Origin: an uncultured Gammaproteobacteria bacterium
GTDB taxonomy: Bacteria > Patescibacteriota > Microgenomatia > Levybacterales > GWA1-39-11
DNA: 61,323 bases
Direction: 5' to 3'
NCBI GenBank assembly: GCA_964485575.1
Contig: CAZAJO010000007.1
Span: 1 to 61,323, forward strand
Shown here one piece after another: positions 52,905-61,323 of this stretch. Below the pieces are notes generated by a model that ran no database searches, had not been told where the DNA came from, and saw only the letters and a program-made list of their open reading frames with translations. A program made the translations under genes and the position numbers. Position 1 is the stretch's first letter. Every line of letters starts with the position of its first letter.

Positions 52905-54157
52905 TCAACGTTACAAAAGTCAAAAAATGTAGAGTCTGTAAAAATACAGATCTTGTGCCGGTCATAGATCTTGGTGACCAATATCTTTCATCTGTATTTC
53001 CGGAAAATTTGTCATACAGGAAAAAATCAGATAGGTATCCCTTAGATCTTGTCCTTTGTAAAAAAAATAAAAATACCTGCGGGGCCTTGCAGCTTGCGCA
53101 TTTCATTAATCTCGATTCAATGTACGAGCTGTACCCCTATTCAAGTTCGACTAACTCTTCCATGGTAGGGATATTAAAGGACATAGTGGACAGCGCATAT
53201 CCGTTAGTTCAGTTGAAGAAGGATGATCTTGTTTTAGATATCGGTGGCAATGATGGGACACTTCTTTCTTTTTTTGCAAAAGAAAAATTGGATCTTTTAA
53301 CAATTGATCCCGCTCAGAAGATAAAGCAGGTTTTTAAATCCCCCAGATACCGTTATATTTGTGATTTCTTCAATAAAAAAACATACGATAAGGTAACTTC
53401 CAAAAAGGCAAAGTTAATTTTTAGTATCGCTATGTTTTATCATCTATCAGATCCTGTGTCTTTTTCAAAAGAAGTGAGAGATGTCATGGATGAGGAAAGT
53501 GTGTGGGTTATTCAGATGGCATATCTGCCTACGATGATAACAACAAATATGTATGACAATATCGTGCACGAACACGCTGGGTATTACACAGCTACAAATA
53601 TGGTATGGATCATGGAAAAAGCTGGACTTGAGGTATTTGATGTGATGCTCAACGATGTGTATGGAGGAAGTTTTCGAATTTTTGTAAAGAAAAAAACAAA
53701 CACCAAGCTTAAAAAAACAAAAAGGCTTAAGAAAATATTGAGTGATGAAAAAAAGCAAAAACTAAACAGTGTAAAAACATATAAGGACTTTATGCAAAGG
53801 ATAGAAAAGACCAAGACTGACCTTCAAAAACTCATCGCTAAATTAAAGCAAGAAAATAAAAGCATTTGGATTTATGGCGCATCGACAAAAGGCAGTACAA
53901 TCCTACAATATTGTGATATCACGAATAAAGAGATTGATGCAGCAGCTGACAGTAATCCCTTTAAATTTGGAAAATATATTATAGGAGCTGACATTTTGAT
54001 AAAAGATGAGAAGGCACTTCGTAAAACAAAGCCAGACTATCTATTGGCACTCCCATATAGTTTTGTCGATGGGTTTATAGCTCGAGAAAAAGAATTAGTA
54101 AATAATGGAACAAAATTTATTGTTCCTCTTCCTCGGGTAAAAGTTCTTCCAAAGTAA
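52901..54157 (+). CDS. NDP-hexose C-methyltransferase-like SAM-dependent methyltransferase
   Basis: 418 aa with an N-terminal Zn-ribbon-like CRVCKN...VIDLGDQYLS, the SAM motif LVLDIGGNDGTLL, and a C-terminal domain typical of TylCIII-type C-methyltransferases. Confidence 0.75.
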   Translation: MINVTKVKKCRVCKNTDLVPVIDLGDQYLSSVFPENLSYRKKSDRYPLDLVLCKKNKNTCGALQLAHFINLDSMYELYPYSSSTNSSMVGILKDIVDSAYPLVQLKKDDLVLDIGGNDGTLLSFFAKEKLDLLTIDPAQKIKQVFKSPRYRYICDFFNKKTYDKVTSKKAKLIFSIAMFYHLSDPVSFSKEVRDVMDEESVWVIQMAYLPTMITTNMYDNIVHEHAGYYTATNMVWIMEKAGLEVFDVMLNDVYGGSFRIFVKKKTNTKLKKTKRLKKILSDEKKQKLNSVKTYKDFMQRIEKTKTDLQKLIAKLKQENKSIWIYGASTKGSTILQYCDITNKEIDAAADSNPFKFGKYIIGADILIKDEKALRKTKPDYLLALPYSFVDGFIAREKELVNNGTKFIVPLPRVKVLPK

Positions 54158-54171
54158 TATAATTGTTCCCT

Positions 54172-54582
54172 ATGTCTGAAATAAGAAAATTGGCAATTGG
54201 TGCAATCGTTTTTTCCGGAACTATGCTTTCGGGATGTGTAAGCGAGCGGGAGACTAATTTTACTTGGTGTACAGAACGTGATAGTAGCCCTCAAAGTACA
54301 GGTGACAGACCTATCTACCTACGTCAGAACAGACTAGGAACAAATTACGAACTAACTCTAGGGGAAAATAAATTTCTTAGAAATCGAGACTCAGGCGAAC
54401 TAGAATGGTTCGTAAAGGATGTACCACAAGAAATCATTCCACAGGAGGAGATAGTAGTGTTTGATAACCATTCGGGAAGAGTCGCCGACATACAAGTTAC
54501 AAAGCGTGATAAAGTTATTCGGTTGGATATAACCGAAACATGCAATAGCAATCAGGAACTCACCCCAATTTATGAGAATTAA
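54172..54582 (+). CDS. Putative lipoprotein
   Basis: MSEIRKLAIGAIVFSGTMLSGC carries a lipobox (L-S-G-C). Otherwise unknown. Confidence 0.6.
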   Translation: MSEIRKLAIGAIVFSGTMLSGCVSERETNFTWCTERDSSPQSTGDRPIYLRQNRLGTNYELTLGENKFLRNRDSGELEWFVKDVPQEIIPQEEIVVFDNHSGRVADIQVTKRDKVIRLDITETCNSNQELTPIYEN

Positions 54583-54599
54583 TCTATAATACAAATAGT

Positions 54600-55229
54600 A
54601 TGGATGATGAACTTTCGAAAGGTAATGTAGAAAAATCATTAGTAAAGAGTAATTCAGATGTTCCCACAGAATTTGAGTTGGGGTTGTTTTTGGACGGTAC
54701 TCTTGAATTTAATGTAAGTGAAGTAGAAGAAAAAGCCAATGAGATTATGCAGTCAAAAGCAACATCTTTAAGTGGATCTATTCTTACAGGAGAAGAACGA
54801 GGCGCGGAACTGTTAAAAAGACACGCTGAACTTTCAGAGGAGGCATTGTGGGCATATTATTTTTCAGGGTTGGTTCCAAAGCATTGGGATAAACCTCTTA
54901 TCGCACAGCAGGATTTAAAAAACGCAAGAAGAGGTAATGTTAAATTGACAAGTGTTCTTGTAGATGCTGGTATTTCGCATCCAAATAGGTATGCTGCCCG
55001 TGAAGCTGCAAAAGGTCAACATCTAACGGTTAGACAGCTCTCTTGGATTTTTGCCCGATCAGATATAGTAGATGAGGACAAAGAGGAAATAGTTGATATT
55101 CAAATGAATAATGGACTTACAGCTGAAGAAGTAGAACATGCAAAGACGTTATCGCAAGAAATTTTAGAGGAAGCGAAAAGAAGAAATATCGAAGGAAACA
55201 AAACATTTTTGCTAGGAAGTTCTTATTGA
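54600..55229 (+). CDS. Hypothetical protein
   Basis: 209-aa ORF, acidic and helical, with no family recognised. Confidence 0.5.
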   Translation: MDDELSKGNVEKSLVKSNSDVPTEFELGLFLDGTLEFNVSEVEEKANEIMQSKATSLSGSILTGEERGAELLKRHAELSEEALWAYYFSGLVPKHWDKPLIAQQDLKNARRGNVKLTSVLVDAGISHPNRYAAREAAKGQHLTVRQLSWIFARSDIVDEDKEEIVDIQMNNGLTAEEVEHAKTLSQEILEEAKRRNIEGNKTFLLGSSY

Positions 55230-56524
55230 GCAGAAGCTTCTTTGCTGAGATATTCTATGACAAGATCTGGTACATAGATAAAGTCATCATTTAAGTATCC
55301 ATTTCGAAGTAAAGCATCTGAGACACTTTTTGAAAGAACGACAGGGTAGTAGTCATCAATTTTTCGAGATAATGTCTGTTGTTCTGTTTGGTCCTCCAAA
55401 AGATCGTAACCGATGGTTAGTATCCCTTTAACATTTTTCTTTGGTTGATACTTTAAAATATCAAGTCTTTCATAAAATCTTTTCTTGTATTCTGATATTC
55501 CTTCTTTAGTTGCTCGAAATGCAATTACTCTTCCTTTTGCTATTTCAATAACTTTTTTAAGAACTATATCTGTCGGATCTATGATAGTCACATTCTGATA
55601 CTTCTTTGATATCGTCTCCAAAGATATGACATCTTCGCTCTTTTTTATTTTTCCGCGCCTATCCTCAGATTGGACAAAGGACTTATGAAATCTATCACCG
55701 ACAATAAGTATTCTTTTTGCTTTCCACTTATTTTTCTTTTCAATAGTCCGAAGATCTTGACACAATATATCTAATTTATGTGGGGAGAGATCATAAGAAT
55801 TAACTCCAGGAAGAAAAATTTGATCGTCCTTAACGGGAAAGAATATATATTCACCTGTCGCTTTGTCACAAACTCTTTTAATTACTTTTTCTAAAGCATC
55901 AAATGAAGAATTCGCATCATAGTAATTCCATACATTAGTATAAATCGGTCTTGATCCTGCTATGGTCACGGCTTCAGATGCCTTGTGATTGAGTACGAAT
56001 TGGGTTGCGATAAAATCTCCATTTCCTGAGAAAAGAACTGAATGACCCCTTGAAAGATCAAGATCAAGAGTTCCATTAGATAATCTTTTGGTAAGCATTC
56101 CTTTTGAAAAATTTACTTTATCAACCCATGTACGCCTGTCAATAGCATCAAACAATTTTTTGATTCCCAAAAAACCGAATGAGTAGAGGATGACATTTGG
56201 TATATGATACAAAATATTTTTTTGGTCAACAGTATCCCCGATGATATTCCAAATGTAGTTAAGTCCATCATGAATTGGGTCTGGAAGATTGGTCCATGAT
56301 GGGAGAGAGTGCGAAACACTGTCAGCAATTTGTGGAAAGACTGCCATTGCAAATCCTAAAGTGAGTCCAAGGGGAACAGCAGATTTTTTTAAAAGACCAA
56401 CGAATTTTACTTCCTCGTCTTTCTTCTCAAAAGAAAGGATAAGTTCCATTTCGTTTGGTGTTATCTTGCCACCCGTTGAAATTTTCTTAGAGATTCTCAG
56501 AAGCTGTTTTTTTGAATACTTCAT
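55223..56524 (-). CDS. Hypothetical membrane protein
   Basis: 433-aa ORF with two hydrophobic segments in the first 130 aa, then a soluble alpha/beta-looking domain. No family recognised. Confidence 0.6.
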   Translation of the reverse strand: MKYSKKQLLRISKKISTGGKITPNEMELILSFEKKDEEVKFVGLLKKSAVPLGLTLGFAMAVFPQIADSVSHSLPSWTNLPDPIHDGLNYIWNIIGDTVDQKNILYHIPNVILYSFGFLGIKKLFDAIDRRTWVDKVNFSKGMLTKRLSNGTLDLDLSRGHSVLFSGNGDFIATQFVLNHKASEAVTIAGSRPIYTNVWNYYDANSSFDALEKVIKRVCDKATGEYIFFPVKDDQIFLPGVNSYDLSPHKLDILCQDLRTIEKKNKWKAKRILIVGDRFHKSFVQSEDRRGKIKKSEDVISLETISKKYQNVTIIDPTDIVLKKVIEIAKGRVIAFRATKEGISEYKKRFYERLDILKYQPKKNVKGILTIGYDLLEDQTEQQTLSRKIDDYYPVVLSKSVSDALLRNGYLNDDFIYVPDLVIEYLSKEASAQ

Positions 56525-56643
56525 AATGTTTTGTGTATTCTACCACTTTGAAGTTTACCTACAAAGTGGCAAAAAATAAAACATTCTTGCCTTCTTTAAA
56601 GAATTGGTGAATAATAAAGTTACGATAGAAGGGAGGTGTATGT

Positions 56644-56814
56644 ATGAAAAATAATGCAGGATCAGGTGCAATTTATGGACTCGGAGTTTTGGGGGCACTC
56701 ATATATTTTCTCCAACACGCAACTTCTTTTATCGATGGACTTGTTGGTATAATTCAGGCATTTTTCTGGCCGGGAGTAGTACTTTATAAAGTTTTGGAAA
56801 TGCTAAAACTCTAA
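56644..56814 (+). CDS. Small two-TM membrane protein (56 aa, below the ORF-track cutoff)
   Basis: Translated by hand: MKNNAGSGAIYGLGVLGALIYFLQHATSFIDGLVGIIQAFFWPGVVLYKVLEMLKL*. The SD AGGGAGG lies 7 nt upstream. Confidence 0.55.
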   Translation: MKNNAGSGAIYGLGVLGALIYFLQHATSFIDGLVGIIQAFFWPGVVLYKVLEMLKL

Positions 56815-57536
56815 CTTTCTTGTGGAGATGATCGAAAGACTTGTATTTCACCCTTATCTGTATCAATTTCCCCAATTAGTCGAAATCTGTCCGGCCACAT
56901 CTTCGGAAATGGTATTCCATCCGCTGAGTCAAAACGTGGAACTCTTGGGTTCATCTGACTAGCAACTACAGTAATTGGCTTTGTATCTGAAATTATTCGA
57001 AGGTTGTTTTCAACTGCAAATTGTGCCGCATGACCATCTGGCCAAAATGGGTTGTACATATAAAAAATTGTCCCGTCAGACATATCGGTTTTTGCGGCAT
57101 CTCCGTTAACAAATGAAACATTTTCCTGTTTTAATCTTCTTTTTATCCTCTCAGCCATAACAACTCTATTTTTGACGAACTCAACTCCCTTAAGAGTAGC
57201 TTTCGTTGTAAGCGCTCCATACAGTGCAAATCGACCATATCCACTCCCAATATCATATATGACATCCTCTTCAGTTGGCTTTAGAAAGTGCATGGTCTTT
57301 CTTATGGTTTCATAATCTGATCCTTCGTAAATATAATCAAAAGAGCGAACAAAAACATTTGAGTATTGTTTCCCTTCAAATTGAAGTCCTTCATGGAAAA
57401 ATGGGATTCCAAGTGCCATATCCAAGAAAAAATCATCAATTTCTTCACCAGATTCGTGTACCTCTTGAAAGAGTTCCCGTGTTTGTTGTGGATTTCCGTA
57501 CGCCTCCATTAGTTTTCGTCTATCAAACTCAGGCAT
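56811..57536 (-). CDS. Class I SAM-dependent methyltransferase
   Basis: Motif I is VIYDIGSGYGRFAL. The ORF extends to TTG 57623, but ATG 57536 avoids overlap with the divergent gene. The start remains uncertain. Confidence 0.65.
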   Translation of the reverse strand: MPEFDRRKLMEAYGNPQQTRELFQEVHESGEEIDDFFLDMALGIPFFHEGLQFEGKQYSNVFVRSFDYIYEGSDYETIRKTMHFLKPTEEDVIYDIGSGYGRFALYGALTTKATLKGVEFVKNRVVMAERIKRRLKQENVSFVNGDAAKTDMSDGTIFYMYNPFWPDGHAAQFAVENNLRIISDTKPITVVASQMNPRVPRFDSADGIPFPKMWPDRFRLIGEIDTDKGEIQVFRSSPQES

Positions 57537-57575
57537 GAGGGTGATTTTACCACCAATTGTGGTAAAATTCACCTC

Positions 57576-58529
57576 ATGAGTGTTGAAAGAGACTCTAGTT
57601 TGACTGGACCAGATGGAGGACAACCAAGTGGCAAAGCGTGGAATTGGCCTCCGAAAGATATAGATGTTTCGGATTTAGGTTTTTCGAAAAAATATTACAA
57701 ATTGTTTACTGATGGCTGGACTGGTAAAGCACTTAGAGATGTTTTGAACGGTGAGAGTGGTCGTGTTGATATCATTGGACTAACTAAGTTTTATAGAACG
57801 CGTTTTACTCGTCACATATCCGATGAGCCATTAACACCTGGTGAAAAAGATCTATTTGAATCACTTCGTAACTCCATGGAAGAGTGGTTTTATGAAGGGG
57901 AATGGACAACTCAACCCACAAGTGACATTGAAAGCTACACAAACACTGGAGCATCTGAAGAAAGTCGGTTTCATAGACTGCTTATTCCTGCATACTTACT
58001 CAACAGATTGACAAAGATTGTAGAGCAAGGGGGAATTGAAGATGTCGGTAGAGACAGACTGGAAGAAATAAGTGGTGAAGCATATAGAATCTCACCGAAC
58101 TATTTGACAACTGAAGCACTCACACGCGTTGCAGCTGCTACCGAACAGTTGGATCCAAATCCAAGAAACGGATTTGATGTTAACTCATGGGTTAATGCCA
58201 AGAACACGAATATTAATATTCTTGGAGCAAGAGCTCGATCCATACGGGATATGTCTTATCAAAGAGTGAAAGGAAATTTAAAGGCCGCACCAGCAGCCGG
58301 ATTATATTTTATGAAGTCAGTTGTAGCTGGGGTCATGCAAGAATGGCATAGTGAAAGAATGGGAATATCAGATTTTGTGCCTCCGATTAAATGGCAAAAT
58401 ATTAATAGTAGTTATTCTCTATACAATTTTCAAGACAATACAGAGAATTTTGGTCATATGCATACAAACAACAGTAGATTTCCGTTTCAAAAATACGTAG
58501 CACATCACATGAGAGTGCAGTCGAGATAA
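57576..58529 (+). CDS. Hypothetical protein
   Basis: 317-aa ORF with no TM and no family recognised. Confidence 0.5.
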   Translation: MSVERDSSLTGPDGGQPSGKAWNWPPKDIDVSDLGFSKKYYKLFTDGWTGKALRDVLNGESGRVDIIGLTKFYRTRFTRHISDEPLTPGEKDLFESLRNSMEEWFYEGEWTTQPTSDIESYTNTGASEESRFHRLLIPAYLLNRLTKIVEQGGIEDVGRDRLEEISGEAYRISPNYLTTEALTRVAAATEQLDPNPRNGFDVNSWVNAKNTNINILGARARSIRDMSYQRVKGNLKAAPAAGLYFMKSVVAGVMQEWHSERMGISDFVPPIKWQNINSSYSLYNFQDNTENFGHMHTNNSRFPFQKYVAHHMRVQSR

Positions 58530-58574
58530 CAGATTGAACTTCCAATTATCTTTATTTTTGTTAAAATACCCGTT

Positions 58575-59234
58575 ATGAGTTCACCAGAGGGATCACTGCC
58601 TGATCTTGCGCAATTTTATGCATTAAACGAAGGGACACGCATTGCCGAAGGTGGAGATAGTGTCGTGCACAAAGTAGGAGGATTTGTAGTTAAGGAATAC
58701 AAGCCTTTTATCCACATAGATCAACTTTCGCAGTATCAAAAAGCCACAGGTCAGGTGGAAGCCTCATTAGTTGCGGACCCGTTGACTCATGTAGTGCTAA
58801 TAGGTGATGAAGAGTGGACAGCAAGATATTTTGCAAATCCTATCTTGGAAGTACTGCAACCCCAACATACCTCAGACGTTGCAAGAGCTGTCAGTAGGTA
58901 CGTACCAGGACCGAATGGAAACGACTTGATAGCTGGACCAAATGTTCACACTGGTAGGTTATATAAGCAGCTTGCAGAACTTGGTGATACTTCCGAGAGT
59001 AGGCTTCTTGGGGAAATTGGAATGAGAATGTCTGATCCAAAATTCAAAGCAGATTTTTTAAGAAGCACTATAAGTACAGGCTTAATAGGTAGAATCAGGG
59101 AAGTGACTGGTGTGAGAAACCTCATGATTCTATCCATTCTGAATATAAAATTTAGAGCTAACCTTGAGGATCGCACCTTGAGTCTAATGGTTACTGATTT
59201 TGCAAATGACTTAGAGGACCTGATCTTCCCATAG
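58575..59234 (+). CDS. Hypothetical protein with weak protein-kinase-like features
   Basis: EGGDSVVHKVGGFVVKEYK (Gly-loop plus VxK-like) and a late MVTDFAN (DFG-like). No clear HxD catalytic loop. Confidence 0.45.
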   Translation: MSSPEGSLPDLAQFYALNEGTRIAEGGDSVVHKVGGFVVKEYKPFIHIDQLSQYQKATGQVEASLVADPLTHVVLIGDEEWTARYFANPILEVLQPQHTSDVARAVSRYVPGPNGNDLIAGPNVHTGRLYKQLAELGDTSESRLLGEIGMRMSDPKFKADFLRSTISTGLIGRIREVTGVRNLMILSILNIKFRANLEDRTLSLMVTDFANDLEDLIFP

Positions 59235-59310
59235 TCCAAGTCTTCCTTGTATCACTGCATGTTATACGTCCAGGTTTTCCTTGTATCACTGCGTGATATA
59301 ATCGTCCAAT

Positions 59311-60411
59311 ATGAATATTTCTGTTGGGATTGTAGGATTGCCAAATGTTGGAAAGTCTACGTTGTTCAATGCACTTCTCAAAAAACAGGCAGCTTTAGCT
59401 GCAAATTATCCTTTTGCAACTATAGAACCAAATGTGGGAATTGTTGCAGTTCCCGACGATCGTCTTACCCATTTGGCAGAAATTACCAAAGAAGAAGTTG
59501 GTATGAGTGACCTTCCCCCAATAAAGCCCGCAATGGTTGAGTTTGTCGATATTGCAGGTCTTGTCAAAGGCGCATCCTCTGGTGAGGGATTGGGAAATAA
59601 ATTCCTGTCGCATATCAGGGAAGTAAGGGTTATAGCACACGTTGTTCGTGCTTTTGAAGATAAAGATGTGATCCGGGAAGGGTCAGTCGGGGTTAAAGAG
59701 GATTACGAAACTATAATAACAGAACTTATATTAGCTGATCTAGACACGCTTTCTAAAATTAATGAAAAAACTCTCAGAACAGATACCGTTCTGAGTTCTG
59801 CAGTTACAAAACTCAGGACACACATGGATATCGGGCTTCCGGCCAGAACGGCACTTCTTACTAGCGGTGAGGAGGAAGTAGTAAAGCAATTGTCACTTCT
59901 TACATCAAAACCTGAAATTATGGTCCTGAATATTGGTGAAGATTCGTATTCTGAAAGTAAATTTGATGTTGTCATCTCAGAATACAGCAAACTTTTAGGA
60001 ATGGAAAAAAGTAACATGGTTGTAGTATCAGCAAAGATAGAGAGTGAGTTAGCAGAACTGGGAGACGTAGATGCGAAAGAATATCTCAAAGAACTAGGAG
60101 TTGAAAAGTCTGGGCTTGAAAGACTGATACAAAAAGCATACGAGAAATTAGGGCTTATGTCATTTCTAACTTGTGGCGAAAAAGAAGTAAGAGCATGGAC
60201 TGTCAAAATTGGCACCACAGCAGTTGAGGCAGCTGGGGAAATACACACTGACTTTATGGATAAATTTATCAAGGCAGAGGTCGTAAGTTACAATGATTTT
60301 GTAGAATGTAATGGTTGGAAAGGTGCACGGGAAAAAGGAAAAGCTGGTCTTCAAGGGAAAGAGTATGTTATGCAAGACGGTGATGTAGTTGAATTTAAAA
60401 TAGGGAGATAA
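59311..60411 (+). CDS. ychF: Redox-regulated ATPase YchF (Obg-family GTPase fold)
   Basis: 366 aa. The motifs are GIVGLPNVGKST, DIAGLVKGAS.GEGLGN.FL and a C-terminal TGS/YchF domain ...AW....G..A..AAG.IH.D. Confidence 0.95.
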   Translation: MNISVGIVGLPNVGKSTLFNALLKKQAALAANYPFATIEPNVGIVAVPDDRLTHLAEITKEEVGMSDLPPIKPAMVEFVDIAGLVKGASSGEGLGNKFLSHIREVRVIAHVVRAFEDKDVIREGSVGVKEDYETIITELILADLDTLSKINEKTLRTDTVLSSAVTKLRTHMDIGLPARTALLTSGEEEVVKQLSLLTSKPEIMVLNIGEDSYSESKFDVVISEYSKLLGMEKSNMVVVSAKIESELAELGDVDAKEYLKELGVEKSGLERLIQKAYEKLGLMSFLTCGEKEVRAWTVKIGTTAVEAAGEIHTDFMDKFIKAEVVSYNDFVECNGWKGAREKGKAGLQGKEYVMQDGDVVEFKIGR

Positions 60412-60413
60412 TT

Positions 60414-60968
60414 ATGTTCGGAATTGAAAGAATAAGAGAAAAGAGAAGAGCAGTTGCTGAAGCCGAAAAGCTTGCAAGTGGCATCTACGAAATGGAAGAA
60501 ACCTCAAAATCTGTCGACAAGAAAATTAAGGATCAGATGGAAGAGTGGAAGAAAAGTGTTGAAACAGGAGTTAGCCTCATAACTGAACCCCATAGAGATG
60601 ATGTAAGAGTTCCCTTTACTTTAAGTTACGATACTTATACGAATATTAAAAATGCCACATACGGTTCTAAAAATGACCCGATGAGAAGAGACCTAGAGTA
60701 CTCACTTTGTGAAAGTAGAAAAGGCAGCATGTTAACTTGCATCTCAGATGCAGTTCAAAATGAAGACGGCAATGTTTCACTTTCCCTTTCAGTGGTCGAG
60801 TTAGAAGCTTTGAATAGTGTATTGAGAAGGGATATGTTGTATTTGCCCGAACTTGTGGATGTAAATTTGGCTTTTGCTAGAGATTCAGGACGAGAAGACA
60901 TTACTTATTCTGAAACCGCTCCACATCCCTTAGTTTATCAACCAGTAAAAAAAAGTAGCGGGTGGTAG
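60414..60968 (+). CDS. Hypothetical protein
   Basis: 184-aa ORF starting 3 nt after the ychF stop. No family recognised. Confidence 0.5.
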   Translation: MFGIERIREKRRAVAEAEKLASGIYEMEETSKSVDKKIKDQMEEWKKSVETGVSLITEPHRDDVRVPFTLSYDTYTNIKNATYGSKNDPMRRDLEYSLCESRKGSMLTCISDAVQNEDGNVSLSLSVVELEALNSVLRRDMLYLPELVDVNLAFARDSGREDITYSETAPHPLVYQPVKKSSGW

Positions 60969-61003
60969 ACATATTTAGTAGTATTGGTTAATATAACTAT
61001 ATT

Positions 61004-61323
61004 ATGAATGATTGTATATTTTGCGAAATTGTTAAAGGGGAAATTCCAAAGGACTTTAGGTTCAAAGACGAGAATGTCTTGGCATTTGATGATATCCATC
61101 CTGTTGCAAAAGTTCATGTGCTTTTCATAAGCAAAGAGCATTATGGAGCTTTTGAAGATCTTCACGATGACGATGTTCTTTCCTCTATAAGAAAAGGAAT
61201 TCAAAAAATAGTAGAGGAGACAGAACTTGTTGGTAAGGGATACAAGGTTCTGGCAAACGGTGGTGGCGGGCAAGTCATCAACCATCTTCATTTTCACCTC
61301 ATTGGCCCGACTGGGCTACAAGC
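61004..61323 (+). CDS. HIT-family (histidine triad) protein, 3'-truncated by the window end
   Basis: Translated by hand: MNDCIFCEIVKGEIP...AFDDIHPVAKVHVLFISK...VINHLHFHLIGP. Absent from the ORF track because no stop is reached. Confidence 0.85.
   Translation, partial: MNDCIFCEIVKGEIPKDFRFKDENVLAFDDIHPVAKVHVLFISKEHYGAFEDLHDDDVLSSIRKGIQKIVEETELVGKGYKVLANGGGGQVINHLHFHLIGPTGLQ

Noticed and set aside
59703-60272. 189-aa minus-strand ORF, and likewise 60938-61297, 40172-40603, 10063-10515, 13466-13819 and 36713-36982.
   Set aside because: All are antisense to confidently identified genes (ychF, HIT, CDF, glyA/HD, paralog A, ABC-F). All have low-complexity or Ser/Leu-rich translations.

Overview
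61.3-kb segment of a compact, low-GC (high 30s % by eye) bacterial genome. Several features point to a Candidate Phyla Radiation/Patescibacteria-type organism (inference): a divergent 16S with mismatches at the universal 515/806 primer sites, a 16S not followed by 23S, a short EF-Ts, many N-terminally anchored Pro/Thr-linker surface proteins, and a four-helix-bundle 'IVS protein' gene. RNA genes are a partial 16S rRNA, tRNA-Ile(GAU) and tRNA-Cys(GCA). Housekeeping genes include dcd, glyA, rpsB-tsf-rseP-frr-recR, ychF, ABC-F, trhO, NMNAT, FKBP and a HIT protein. The accessory content worth a second look is: (1) two surface-protein loci, a cohesin/dockerin-like cluster at 5.9-9.5 kb and a seven-gene operon at 12.2-20.1 kb (vWA, TadE/G-like, an 82-Cys protein, cohesin-like, a paralog pair); (2) an operon of a DUF1704 (MATCAP-like) carboxypeptidase, a CofE-like ligase and a 496-aa acidic disordered protein; (3) a ~3.3-kb high-GC island carrying ppdK; (4) a soluble PRC-MgtE_N-CBS protein coupled to an NRAMP variant lacking the canonical metal-site motifs; (5) an NDP-sugar C-methylation cassette; (6) an ORFan block at 54-59 kb. 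Intergenic DNA is built from TAG-containing 7-8-nt word arrays, inverted GSGTTTAG arrays around the four-helix-bundle gene, and a small palindromic hairpin family. At least a dozen genes have a -10 hexamer 6-13 nt before the start codon and no SD, which suggests leaderless mRNAs. No CRISPR array, integrase, transposase or recognisable defence gene was seen. All calls come from reading the sequence and ORF track by eye; no searches were run.
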